Under the pieces are notes generated by a model. That model was not told where the DNA came from. It made no database searches and was given only the letters and a program-made list of their open reading frames with translations. A program made the position numbers and the translations under genes. A stretch of 63,962 bases of DNA, filler included, from Phoronis australis (Eukaryota > Animalia > Phoronida), in assembly GCA_002633005.1 (NCBI GenBank). It is 11 parts of 11 records of this genome, joined end to end, with 100 filler letters (N's around TTAATTAATTAA, not from the genome) between each part and the next. Parts side by side here need not be neighbours in the genome. Positions count along the whole stretch, not along the records: positions 36,648 to 54,830 come from NMRA01001472.1; 10 more parts are not named here. One strand, 5' to 3'. This document shows positions 38,561 through 51,900 of this stretch, piece by piece (position 1 is the first letter of the stretch; every line of letters starts with the position of its first letter).

Positions 38561-39520
38561 TTATAAGCGTGCCCATTATCATCGAAGTTCGTCCATTTCT
38601 GTGTGACGTCACTGTGTACCTTACAACATGTATATATAGTAATATTAGCTTTTCAACGTATTTGGTATTTCGCGGGTTAACCGAATTTTGGAAAAAAATG
38701 ACTACTACGTTTACCCCGACGTTATATTGAAAAGCATTGATGTCTTGAAAATTGTTTCCATCGCATCTCTCGTTTACTGTATTCAAAATAAGTCTGAAAT
38801 CGTTAAGTTTGCACAATTGGAACTAAGAAATAGTTCCCTACTCCAATAAGATGTCGGTTTCTGGGTACATTCATAATAAACAGTGCTTTTGCGTCGCAAA
38901 AGTTCCAAAGCGCGTGCGTTTGACAATAACATTACTCTTTGGCAACCAGCCCAAACTTCATTGTGAGCTTTATTGCAGTGAAAGTACATGTGGGATGTGA
39001 CAAAACTGCTTAGTCGTTCTGGCTTTCAAGGTAAGATTGATACCGATTATTAAATGGATGTTGCTTGGAAACGAGTATCCCCCAAAGTTCAAAGGACGGG
39101 CACCGAGCTTTTTAGTATGTCTCAAAAATGAACTCCGCCGATTGATCGTTTGAATATGCCATGCAATGAAGTTACTGGTGAAATGTTTTAGCGGAACAAA
39201 GGGACTTAGTTGATTCCTTCAAATTCGTTACAAAGGATGAATGTCCGATTTGGAACCAAAACGTGTATACGGACCTACTTGCTTGAAGGTATCTATTTTG
39301 ATTGTTTGTCATTTATGTCTCTTGGTGTGTTGCTTCACAACTCCACGCGTAGAGATAGGGGATTGTATAGAGACTACGATCGAGTATATATTGATCTGTC
39401 TAACAAAAAGTAAAGTCGTGCCTTCAACCAAGTTTGTTTCAATGAAGGGCTGCTACCGAACTATGCTGACCTGAAGGTCTACTCATATAGATATAATGTA
39501 CATTATGTAACGCCATACGT

Positions 39521-39764
39521 GAGGAGGCAGTGTGGCCCGGTTGATAAGTGCCCGCTTTCTTTACTCGAGGTCGTGGGTTCAAGTCCCACCAGGTCACACT
39601 GCCAAACCCTTGAGCCAGGTTTCTTGCTCCTCAGCTCGGTTTTAACCATATATTAATAAAGCATAAAAATATTTCCAGGTGATCAGTGCAATGGGCCCAC
39701 ATGCGAGGCCTGCGCACGTCTGGTACAACGTGTATCAGACCGCCTGCAATTATTTTTTATATAT
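39521..39764 (+). mobile_element. Complete tRNA-derived SINE with 13-bp target-site duplication
   Basis: A-box-like TGGCCCGGTTG, B-box GGTTCAAGTCC and AT-rich tail. TSD TAACGCCATACGT at 39508-39520 and 39765-39777. Confidence 0.88.
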
Positions 39765-40268
39765 TAACGCCATACGTCGTACTGAAATTTGGCTATATAT
39801 TAAGACAGATTCATCAACGTGGAAATAGTGAAATTAAACCTTGAGTTCATATTGCATGTTTGAGACAGCTCAGCTCAGAACAGTGTTATCCTCTGTATAG
39901 TTTATTCCCATATTACCGGCTCTGATCACGAGTGTAGAAAGTTATTAAAAGACTGAGCGTGTGTTCACTAGCGTTAGGACATACGCTAGGAGCTAGCAAA
40001 AATGTAACCAAACTTACGTGTTTCCATTCAAAATACACGGCACTATCTCACGTAACCCCTCGAAATCTTGCTTTTTTGTGAAGTCCTAGCGTTACTGAAC
40101 GTGAGACAAGTCGTGGTTCCGTACTCACTAGCGTATAAGGCGGATAATTATGTCTTGGTCGAACCTACACTCGAGCTGCAGACTGTAGCCTAACGTTGTA
40201 TTCTGTGACGAGTATCAACCGAAAGAAGTGGTGTGAGTTGCTTACATTTGTAGCCAGTGACATGTGAC

Positions 40269-42536
40269 TGAAGGAGTCAAGTATTCAATACTTTAATTAT
40301 GGGGCAAAGTATCCAAATATGCTGACAAGCTGAACATATTTTTACTTTCGCCGAGAGAATAAGAACGCATGAGGTAGTCGGTCACTTGACCCGTTCCCAG
40401 TGCCGCTTCTTATTTTGTAAACAAAACTGGGACAATTATTTGAGGTTACAGCCTTGGGTCAAGTTCTTCCACTAAGTTTTTGTATACCTTTTGTCAGCTC
40501 ATGAAAGCAAAAAAAAGAGCTGCTCACTGATCAGTACACACGTTCCATGGCAACTGCGTGTTGTGCAAGCTCATGGTCAAATCGATGTTTTTCATGCTGA
40601 GTGCCTACTGCTTTACTTGTGTTACTGGGTCAAATGCGCCAGGTTCATATTTTACGAACGCCTCAAATAGTTGCACTGTACGCGAAATGTCGCTGCCATA
40701 TTGTCCAGCTGACGTCGTGATTTTTTAATGTAAAGCGATGTACACTGGTACTTTTCGTTTTTTTAAAGAGACATAAAAGTCCATTTTGGTATTTTACTGT
40801 GATTGTTTTTCAAAGTAAGCATTACAGACCTCTGATTTTTCAAAATAACTTATTGGCTTTATCATCACTACGCAGTGAAAATGAAGACATCGTCAGGGGT
40901 ATAAGGCATTACATTTATACAAACCATATGCTAATATATAACATTTCTTTACATATGATTAGCCGACGATTTTACTAATCGACCCTAAATAAATGAAGGA
41001 GTCAAGTATTCAATACTTTAATTATGGGGCCAAAGTATCCGAATATGGTGACAAGCTGAACATATTTTTACTTTCGCCTAGAGAATAAGAACGCATGAGG
41101 TAGTCGGTGATTTGACCCGTTCCCAGTGTCGCTTCCTATTTTGTAAACAAAACTGGGACAATTAATTGAGGTTACAGCCTTGGGTCAAGTTCCTCCACTA
41201 AGTTTTTGTATACCTTTTGTCAGCTCATGAAAGCAAAGAAAAGAGCTGCTCACTGATCAGTACACACACTCCATGGCAATTGCGTGTTGTGCAAGCTCGT
41301 GGTCCTAAGCAAAATTTAATCGATTTTTTCATGCTGTGTGCCTAGAACGCTTTACTTGTGTTACTGGGTCAAATGCGCCAGGCTCATATTTTACAAACGC
41401 CTCAGATAGTTGCACTGTACGCGAAATGTCGCTGCCATGTTGTCCAGCTGACGTTGTGATTTTTTAATGTAAAGCGATATACCCTGGTACTTGCCTTTAC
41501 ATGTTACGTATTGAAATTAAAATGAAAATAACGAACCAGCCGAGTTCAATCAACAAACACGTACATTTAGCTGTGCACTGTTCTTATACAGTACTGCGTG
41601 TAAGTATATGAACATAAACCATTCAGTACATGTGAATCCGTGCACGTTTCGATCTAAGCAATAAAGTTGTCTAAGATCAGAAGTAAGGTCTGTATTGAAT
41701 GTCACGTTGCTATGACAACGAGGACTCTTAAGAACAAATTAACCGAACATTCCTAAGATGCCAACAGTGCCGTGTTCAATTATTCGATAGAATCAAACCA
41801 TTCTATTGCTTCTAATGACGTAAAGATTCTAGACCATGACATGAGTAGAACTAGCCTGTTAACAGGTGGAGCCACTGAGCTACATGCTGGGTACAGCTTG
41901 AGTAGGAATACTGAGGCTTTCAACATTCGGTAGTTGATTCTTGGGTTCAATTCACTGGTATCTCTTCTTGTCACTTGTTTTATGCGCTTTGATGTAAAGT
42001 TGCTTCATTATGAAGTGGTGTGGAGCATGTCTCATACCTGATGATGATTTAAAGTATTAGATCGAAACGTTGATCATGAACATGGTTATCATTTCCGAAG
42101 TTAGCGTCATATTAGGCTTATATATACATACACTTAACTCACGGAGAGCACATACATGTATAACTGAGTATAGGCATAACCGCAGTTTTAGTTCTTTGTG
42201 ACTTGATCCGTCACTCACCAATTAACTCACATTGCCAACAAGTTGACACATTCCAATCTACAAGTCGGAATTTTTCTGTCCAAACAACCCCCAGGTCTTC
42301 GTTCTTTTAAAGAGACATAAAAGTCCATTTTGGTCTTTTACTGTGATTGTTTTTCAAAGTAAAATTAAAAGCATTACTGACCTCTGATTTTTGCAAAATA
42401 ATTTATTGGCTTTATCATCACTACGCAGTGAAAATGAAGACATCCGTCAGGGGTATAAGGCATTACGTTTATACAAACCATATGCTAGTTCATAACAATT
42501 CTTTACATATGATTAGCCAATGATTTTACTAATCGA
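40269..42536. repeat. Interleaved local duplications A-B-A'-spacer-B'
   Basis: A 40269-40752 matches A' 40994-41492; B 40756-40982 matches B' 42300-42536. Identity is high with small indels. Confidence 0.92.
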
Positions 42537-43096
42537 TCTAAATATTCAACCATTTTAGCAATGCATATGACTGACTAGAGTTTATAACTGTAACTGCAAA
42601 GCTATATCGTGTATAGCCAAACGCGATTCTAAATCTTATAAGATTTCGATCAGGCTTCTTCCACAGTTTCTTTCACCAGTTTGTTGATCACATTTGACAG
42701 AGGGACTTTGCGACTGACAGTATGGACTCCGGTGAAAAAATATGATACCAATTGATTTTGAGATGGGAACTGAGATGGGAGCCAAAAAAAGGCAGATTTT
42801 CGATTGAGAGGTTTCCATGAAAGTTCACAAGGTAGACTTTCGTTGGAATTGATGGACAGCCGCGTTTCTATCTTTTGATTCCTGAAACAGCTCAAAAGTG
42901 AGTTCACCTTTTGGACCCTTGGTTTATAAATATAACCCTTCTCTTGCTGTTTGAAATTTGAAACTGGCTCCCTGCTTTTCTAGTTAAGTCTCGTACTTCG
43001 AAGTAAGCCATTTGGCGGAAAATCAATGGGAAAGAGATTTTGTCGGAAATGAAGCAACCCTCTTTCGTAAAGATTTTGGTTGTAAAATTGCAAGAA

Positions 43097-43165
43097 ATGG
43101 CAGTGACACGTCCCGTCAGTCCTCGCTCCCCGTCATCAGGTATAGTTTACGTTTTCGAAGAACAG
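43097..43165 (+). CDS. Candidate first coding exon, possibly of the ankyrin-repeat gene
   Basis: GAAATGG start; MAVTRPVSPRSPSSGIVYVFEEQ ends CAG|GTTTCG in phase 0. A TATAAATATA lies at about 42925. Phase is compatible with exon 47091-47180. Confidence 0.35.
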
Positions 43166-46100
43166 GTTTCGTTATTTATGTTTTCGCTTTCGTTCACTTC
43201 AGTGAGTGTCGTTCTAGCAAAGATATACAAAAACAATTTGGTAGTTTAAAAGAACGCATTACCACACCAAATAGCCTCACTCAAGGTCTTCGCAAAGTTC
43301 GTGTTTTGAAACTTTAATTACTGTACATTTCTTTCTTAGTTAACAATGATTGAATTTGTCAACTGTAACTCGAATTATGATCTGGATTCCAATTTTATGT
43401 TTAGTCCAGTCAAAAGATACTTGGAGCGCCCTCTTGAGTTAACTTGTCAAAATTCGTAGACATAACCACACTGGCTAAGTCCATTATACATTGTATCTAA
43501 CATTGACTCCCATGTTGACATTGACCCGAATCAAGTGCTGGAACTACTGATTTTGTGTACTGTAGGAACTGTATGTTTAATTATTGTCTGAGTGACGTAC
43601 GTATGTCCATGAAGATTGTAAAACATAATGTTTAGGCCGTCCTACCAGGTGACAGAATGAACGTAATTATTCATTATCACAATATAAACTCACGTTCTCA
43701 TGAAGCGAGATTCCAGCAGGGAAAGATTGCAACCACTCGTAGCAAGGTGTATTGTTGTTTATAAATTCGCAAATCATAGGGACGACCCTGTTCTCGTTAT
43801 ATCAGGGTTCGATTCTGCACCCACACATAATTCAGAAGCTCACTTTAAATTCCTTGCCTATGTTTCCCCTTGAGTTATGCGACATGGCGAGGTGGTTATA
43901 TCTATAACGACAACCAATGCCTTTTCACATTTCCACGTGTACGTATAACGTGCTGACTTTCGAAGAGATCTATATTGGCAAGAGTTTTAATTGCAACTGA
44001 TTAGGTAAAAATTCACTTGTTATTAGCCAGTAGGCTAAACTTTTAACATTGTGGCACTCGAACGGTTATTGGGACGGTCGCTGCTTGTTGCACGTGTATG
44101 TATGGGGATATAGGAACGCAGATACAAGTAGAGGCCTAGTTGAATTTTTATATTATAGTTGAATGCGCTAATTTGTTTTTAACATAATCATTGGTGTTAA
44201 CCCTAATGACTTTTGTACAACCATATCGTTAATTTGGCACTGCAATACATATACATTATGTTTTGTGTCAGTTTGAGGCTTGATAGCCTGTTGCTGACGT
44301 CATGAAAACGAATTCACTTCCTCTGTGCGTTTTACTGGCAAAATAATCCGTGACGCTGGACAGGTTACACTTATACGGTTTTCCCAGTTTGGACAAATGG
44401 ACCACTACGGGTTAATTTTACATTACAATCCATGTGTTACATGCAGAGGTGTATGCACTATGTGTTAATGGAAACATGCCTTGAGAGATTGGCGATATAT
44501 AATATACATGTAATTATGGAAATGTTGTTGTTTTGTAGCTCTTATAACAGGTAAACTTCCCAAAAGACCAAGCAACCGCAAAATAAAAACTTTTTCTAAG
44601 ACCCCACAGCGTTAATCTCACAATATAAATGATTTCAAAATAGCTCCTTGCGTCCACTCACACAACATGTTTACAACATATATGATAATCTTTCATATGT
44701 TGGAGACATAGAATGACGTCCATGTACTAGAAGTTTTAGCTTGTTCACTTTAAAATGGTAAAGAAACTGTCTTCATAGGTTCTATTCGTATATTTTGGAT
44801 ATGTAATTTTTAAACGATGATGACGTGTATCAACGTTTGTAAGCAGCGATTATTTTCACAGCCAATGAAATCATAACGTCAACGCCCAACTCTGGTCATG
44901 GAATAATTGTTGCTGCACGTTACCAGCGTATCTTTTAAGAGCGTGCGGTACGGATATTAGCCGCGAGATTTTGCACTGTGAATTTTTGGTGAATCAGGTA
45001 TTGTAAGTTTAAATCCTATCAAATTTCATTATTTCAGTTTCACTTTTGTTTATCAAGCGAGAATTTTGAAATGCAGTGGCCTACAAGTATCGATTTCCTG
45101 GGATAATTTGTCAAGAAACCTTACAATTGCATAGGTCGTTCTTTAGAAGCACTGACCTTTGGCGTTAGTTGGATGTCAGAAAAAGCCTGGCCACTGATAT
45201 TTTTTCGTCTCCATTTTTAGAACCAGTTTCGATTACCTACAGGTATCAATCAACATGCTAAGAGTTTTTCAACATGCTGTTTTTGGGTTTAAAAATCTCA
45301 TTACAGAATTTATTGAGAGATGCAATATTTGGTTTCTCAGAGATTGTTGTATAGATATAATTAGAAATCTTAGGCCTCACTCACAGGTTTGTTTACGTAA
45401 ATTTCGAAATGCTACTCCAATTGGCACGGATACATGTAAGTGTTTGCGCGTATGCATGCATTAGTTATTAACGTTTTGTTTTGTTCTAAGTTAATTCATT
45501 TGTGCAATGTTTACCCGTTGACTAGATATTTTCGATTAATTTTATTTTGGAGCAGTTAATATTATCTATAGATTTTACTTACTGTATGACCGTGAATTAA
45601 ACATTAAAAAAGCTGTACCTTGTAAAAGAACCTAATACCATACTTTGTGTTGGTGAGAGCGTACATTGTAGTTGCAAACTGTACCGGACTATTGCGTTAC
45701 TTTTCCCATAAATGTACATTTTTAAGACACAGCGATGTTGACCCATTATCACAAATACTATAATAATTTTCCACTCGACATAGGTCTATTATTACGTTCA
45801 TGAACTAGGGTGTTGCAATATCGCATACAAAAAAGGAGTTGTTAAATGTCATTTATTAATTACTACAGTTAACAATGGAAATAATATGGAAGAATGTAAA
45901 CAAAAATACTGTGATCACTGTATGTAAAGAAATACGTAATATTCGATAGACTAAAGTTCACCTTGAATGGAGTAACGTTAGTAGCAAGTTTTCAAAAATT
46001 TACAAGTAAATGAAGCGCAGACAACCTACAGGTATGGTACACAAAGTACACCAAGTCACGTCTTTTTGCTTTCATATCGCCTTTTAAGACATATGAGAAG

Positions 46101-46399
46101 TTATCGACTAATATGTGAATCCAGTCATCCACAAAACTTACGAATTCAAATCGAGGATGACGTCAAACAGCGCATTGTGCAATAATTGGGTAATAAGAAA
46201 TGAGTAATTTGGGCAAAAGTGCTGAAAGTTTTTAGACAACATCACCTTTGTCCTTCCACCTGAATTAATTTAATTCGCTACTGCATATTCTTGGGCTGAC
46301 GTTACAAAAACCTTAATACATACACCGGAGCAGATGCATCGACGAATAAACGCACTCCAAGCCACAAATATCGACTCTAGACGATGCCCCTACTACCCC

Positions 46400-46575
46400 C
46401 AGAACAATGTTTGAGAAGGAGAATACCAACTGCATTTGTTAGCACATTTTGGGCAACTGAAATTAAACGCAATATGTTGAGTAGAAAATGTCAGTGCCTC
46501 CGATGGCACTTGAAACCAGGTTATACGTGAGACGAGCAGGCGTGTAAATCTTAAGGCCAACAGGCAATTGCCGCT
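46400..46575 (-). mobile_element. Probable decayed tRNA-derived SINE fragment
   Basis: Minus-strand TGGCCTTAAG...GGTTTCAAGTGCC resembles degenerate A and B boxes. Confidence 0.35.
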
Positions 46576-46752
46576 TGGCAAGCGTCCTAGAGATGCTTTA
46601 TCTGACAGTACATGTCGTCACAACCTGAAGTCACGCTTAACAACACTACCCTCCTTCCGCGGAACTGGAGAGGTCACTGGCATTTAAATCTGAACAACTG
46701 CCTAGCGTCCTTGATTTTGACCTCAGCTCTCTTTGTGTTATAAATTCAACAG

Positions 46753-46860
46753 TACCAAGTCGAAAGAGCGGGGCCCAAGGGAAACGATGGTAAAATGGAA
46801 ACAGTAGGTCCCATTGGACATAACGGTCAACGTGGACACAACGGGGCAAAAGGAAGTAGA
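46753..46860 (+). other. Collagen-like Gly-X-Y segment (exon or pseudo-exon)
   Basis: After acceptor CAACAG: YQVERA-GPK GND GKM ETV GPI GHN GQR GHN GAK GSR; 9 of 10 triplets begin with Gly. Confidence 0.5.
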
Positions 46861-47090
46861 CAGACACAAGTTTTCCTCGTTTGTAAAGTTGGTATAAGTG
46901 CTGGGTTATTATCAAGCTTCAATATGAACACGAGTCAAAATTTGCAAAAAGTACTTGATATGGTATCAATTATCCAAACCCAGGAACAACCCCACCTCCC
47001 TGAAATTTCATATCATCTAAGGAGTTCCATAATGATAGTGAATGTACATGTACACTATGCGATTGAAAATCTATTTTTTATTATTTTCAG

Positions 47091-47180
47091 ATTAGTGCAG
47101 CTGCAGAAAGAGGGGACAGTTTAACAATTGTGAAGTATGTAAACCGTGGTTGGGATGTGGACCAAGAACTGGATGTTTTC
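47091..47180 (+). CDS. Ankyrin-repeat-like exon
   Basis: 90 nt, TTATTTTCAG|...|GTAAGT, open only in phase 0. ISAAAERGDSLTIVKYVNRGWDVDQELDVF fits the ankyrin pattern AA..G....V......G.DV. Confidence 0.65.
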
Positions 47181-48879
47181 GTAAGTATTTACATATGAAC
47201 ACTCGTCTGATCACCATTGGCTTGAAATGCACCTTGTAACAAACAATTCTATACAACCGCTATCTTAAAACTTGGCATTGCCTTCCTGATTTTATGTTGA
47301 ATATAGATGTACTGTATCAGATATGTAAATTATTAACCAAAGCAACATTTGATCAGTGTGGTAACAATACAAAATAGTAATAACAAAATGTTCACATTTA
47401 ACTACGGGAGCTATGCATATAACATACAAGAGTTAACAACACACGTGTGTTGGTGAGAAAAATACAATGAAATTATGACATGGTTCTACGAACAACATAG
47501 TGACAGCTTCACTAAGTAGCACTTATAGACGTCATTCTGCAAGTTATGAGAATCAGTTGTCAAAAAGGTAAATTTACCATGGAATACTATTAATTGTATC
47601 TGTTATATCATCGACTGCCTCCACAATAAGGATCACGCAAACGTTCTATGAAAGAATTAGAAACATACCAATTTGGACAGTTCCACATTTTGAAAAGTGT
47701 GTCTGAATTTTTCAGAGTTTAACAATAATCTTCTCTTAAATCTGTAGACATATAGTCTTTGTTATTGTACGGCCGTATATGACTGTACGAAGAATAGTTT
47801 TATTCTTTTCTCAAAAGCAATGGTGAATATTCAACTTTTATAATGATATATGTATATCATGTTTAATTTACTGTTTTAATTGGGATGGTTTGACATACAT
47901 CTGTGCCTTGATTATTGTGGGTTTGCCAGTGGCTCGACTGTAAGATGATGGAGGAAGATATTCTGGAAGTGAAACCCAGTAGAGTTCTCTAGCTGTTTTG
48001 CAGCTTGGAAAAACAATCCGAATCCACATTGTCTCATTTAAGATACACGTTGTAATCTTGGGCCCAGCGATGTAATAGCGCTCTTGAACTCTAACGAGGT
48101 CGAGTGATGTTCGAACTTTGTATTGCTTATATTCTTTACTTTGTCGAGAACGTGAGATGCTAACACCTAAATTAATGTTTTATTACAATGACATTTTGGA
48201 CCACTTATTGTGTTCGACCATTTCGTGACACTAGTAATGATAATTGCAACCTTGATATGATAGTCTGTCTACCAAAAGCAAACGTCCCGGACTATCTACA
48301 TGTACTTGGTGGATTATACCACCATAGTAAAATGTTTAAATCGTTTGTACGTGACCACGTTATTTGAAACCTGCATTAACGATGCGATACAAATTCCAAT
48401 AGGTTGATTAGACTTTGATTTTTTGCACACGCGCGGGTCAGCGTGGTTCAAATGATATTTCATCATTTACATGTGTACTATCATGCCTCGATCTCTTTAC
48501 AAATGTTTTGGGAAATAATTTCACTATCCAAGTTCAGATAAATATTGTCACAGTGTGTAAATGGGGCATCTAGAAGATCAACACTTTATCTCAGCCTTGA
48601 AGCTTTCATGTGCTTAGTACGAACTCTGAGTGAAAGTTAGATCCAACTGCAGTTGGATGGGGAGGCTTAGAGGATGTTTTCACGATTTGGATAAAATTTG
48701 ACTGTATCAGACATATTACCATTGACTATGTCATGGATGGTTTTGCGGCTCATGTTTGTCTTGATTGAAGAAGAGCAAAAATATGACACCACCCTTCGGT
48801 ACCCCTATGTAAGCAAACCCAGTTTGTGAGGGTTTTGAAGACACACCGTCTAGTTCTGCTACCCGATTGGATATTTACA

Positions 48880-48918
48880 GTACATGTGCATGTACATGTA
48901 CATGTACATGTACATGTA
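48880..48918. repeat. (TACATG)n self-complementary microsatellite
   Basis: About 6 tandem TACATG units. Confidence 0.9.
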
Positions 48919-51900
48919 TAAAATGAACAGTGCGTTCAGAGTGTCCAATTTGATAAGAGAAAACTTCTTTCAAGAAGAGGTCTGTGAAATCGTGTCAAAC
49001 GCGGATTGATTATCTAACATTAAGCCATTTTTCATATTACCATCGTATCTGGTGAACAATTTTGTACAGGTGAGACACGGTACTGTTTCCCCTCATAAAA
49101 TCAAAGTGAAGTTTGTAATTTATTGCAATTTATAGAAAGTGAGGTCTTCGTACGTTTTTTTCAATTTTATAGAAAGAATTTTGAAGTGTTACATCACTGC
49201 AGTGATTCTCAATTCTTTTCTAAGTACCATAATTCAAGTTTCAAATAGTAGGGCGGGTTCTTGTTTGTGTAATTTTGTTTTATGAATGAGTGGTCGGCGC
49301 AGGCATATCTTTTATGGTAGTTTAGTTATTTTAATCGTTATATAGATGGTGCAATCAATTTTTTACACCAGTGTTTTCTAGTAAATGTATGGCAGTGTCT
49401 CTTGGAAATAGACAGGTGAACTGGACTGTTTGCAAACAAATGTTGGGTATTCAGCTGTTGTTTTATTTGTGAAGGAATCCAAGAAAACAGCACTTAAACT
49501 GTGTTCGTTAATTTCCATCTTGCGATTCAATAATAAGATATACCGGTAGGTTTATTTTGTTCCTCGCTTGCGTTTTGTTTATGAATGAGCAATATTCATT
49601 TGCCTTGTTGAAACATTACATACGTTTGTCTATGTAAAAGGTTTCGTTATGTTGTGGTGCCGTGTAAAACTTGGCTAACTCGCTTTTAAATTGTTAAAAA
49701 ATCAACGCATAGTTTGTTTCATGTTTGATCTAAATAAGATAGGAGTTTTGTTGATCTCGCTTTTGACGTTGCTGTTGAATCAAAATTTGTGCCTTCGCTT
49801 TAGTATTTTAGGATTTCCAAAATTGTTTTTACTTACTGGTAAGATGTGTCCTAGACGTTGTAGCAAATAATAGTGTTTCGGGTTGCTGCATTCAATGTCT
49901 GAAAGTATTAATTTACATTTTCTTTCGCGTACAACTGGTTCATTCCTACAAGTTTTTAAGGTAGTGTCGTTATCAGAGTTCCCTATAGGTGGTAGGGCCT
50001 CCTGCTGCAGTTTCACGGTCTTCAACCTACCATATGCTCTTTCTGGCATTTACATGTAAGTCACCCTTTCTTATCACCAGGGTAAATCAGTAACGCAAAC
50101 GTCGTCTCAAATCGTTCTGTAACCACGATAGATAATTATTTCTATGCTAAACGGAACGTACAGGGCGTCTGCACGTAAATGGGAGGCAAACAAGATTAGG
50201 AAAAATTTCAGAATGCAATCAGTTCTGATGGAAATGAAAGAAAACCCCATCTAATTTCTCAACTCAATGGCAGGTTATCCCTCACTTTCTTTGTCGTGAT
50301 ATAGACCAACTGATACGATGACGAAGTTAATTTATCCTGTTGAAATATTGAATACGATAGTTTTAACATCCGCCACTTGGGTAATTGTTGGTCAAAAACA
50401 TATTCCGAAAAGTATACGTACCTGTACCATAAACCGCGTATCAAATGACAACTGCGCAAATATTACGCATGGAAAAAGTTATAACACCGTGCAAATTTAA
50501 GTGGAATTTCGAACAGTGTGTAAAAAAGCACAGACACTTGAAAACGAGACCATTAAATTAATGCAAAACTGGAAACTTGTTTGCGTTCCTTTAGTGCAAC
50601 GGCAAAGACTGCTATGGTGGAGTGTACAATTTTTCAGGATTTCCGGATATTTGATCAGAAACACAAAACAGAATGAACCTGAAATTCTTTTATCATGAAT
50701 CCGTCCACAAATTTTTTTCAAGGCAAATGCGCTACCGTGACCTACATGTACACTGTACGTTCCCTAGATCTGCTCATCCCGAATCTGAGATTCCCGATGA
50801 CGTCATTCGCCGTTAACTGCAGGGATTTTTAGCATTTTTGTGAATTAATACACTGTTGATGTGTATAATTAATAATAAGTCATATCAATATTGATTTCCA
50901 GTTTCATTCGGAATCTTAGCTCTCGTGAATGAGAAAAACACGTGAGGGTCACATCAGAACTGAACACCTACATGTAAACATTTACATTTCTTCGTGATTA
51001 ATGAAGGCCTCTTGTAACACAGACGAGTGTATCGGTGAAGCTCGTGTGCATGTGAAAACTCCCCGGCGACAAAATTCTGCTTTTTCAAAAGTGCAATTCG
51101 TCACCCCGTCGTTTCAAGCCACTTGACGGCATGCATGCATAATTTAGTGCTTAGATTTGTGTCGAAATCGTGAACTGCAGCATTGATTGTCTGACTGGAG
51201 AGAGATTTTGACTTAAACAGAAAAAGGGTTTCTTTAGGTAAAATGTGTTTCAACGTGTTCTAATACAAATTGAATTTTGTAGCATAATTTGCTCGCTTGC
51301 GTTCAGTGGAAGCTTGTTATAGCTTGAATTTAGACTTCATTAGGCTATGCTTTTACCTACGACGTAAGTAATCCCAAGTTTTAGGTCTCAACATTGGGTT
51401 CTTAATGTTTGATGAAATTGTTCTTCTCCGCAACCATTGAAAAGCCCTTGGACTTGCATCATGCAATGCACATCGAATTCGTGCAACATGACGTTTCAGT
51501 AAGGGTTTTGTACATCTACCGTACTATGGCACATTATTTTGCGTGTTCAAAGTATTTGTCGCAAATCGGTGTTCTGTGACAGTCACGTGCTTTCAAGTAA
51601 CCAAGAAGGGAACGTAAACTTGAACAAAAACATTTGTTGACAAAATTCTCACGACTCTTTTTTATTAATCTACTGTCATCGAAGTCGCTAAAGCAGCAAA
51701 GATAAATCCTGTAACTATGAGTTCAAACTTCCTCCATTTGTTTGCTCTTCGAGTTTTGCGACTCGCACGACTGAAAAATATCCTGACCAAAAACAAAACC
51801 GCTTAAGTTTTTTTGCCGAATGTCGTGTTGTGCATTTAACGTCATTGATTTGGGCAGAAATTGTATTACTTTTGATTCAATTTTTAAGATGACATCAACA

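Noticed and set aside
42650-42907. 85-aa minus-strand ORF
   Set aside because: No recognisable domain and no corroborating exons.
49780-50049. 89-aa minus-strand ORF (MPERAYGRLK...)
   Set aside because: No homology I can recognise; its length is compatible with chance.
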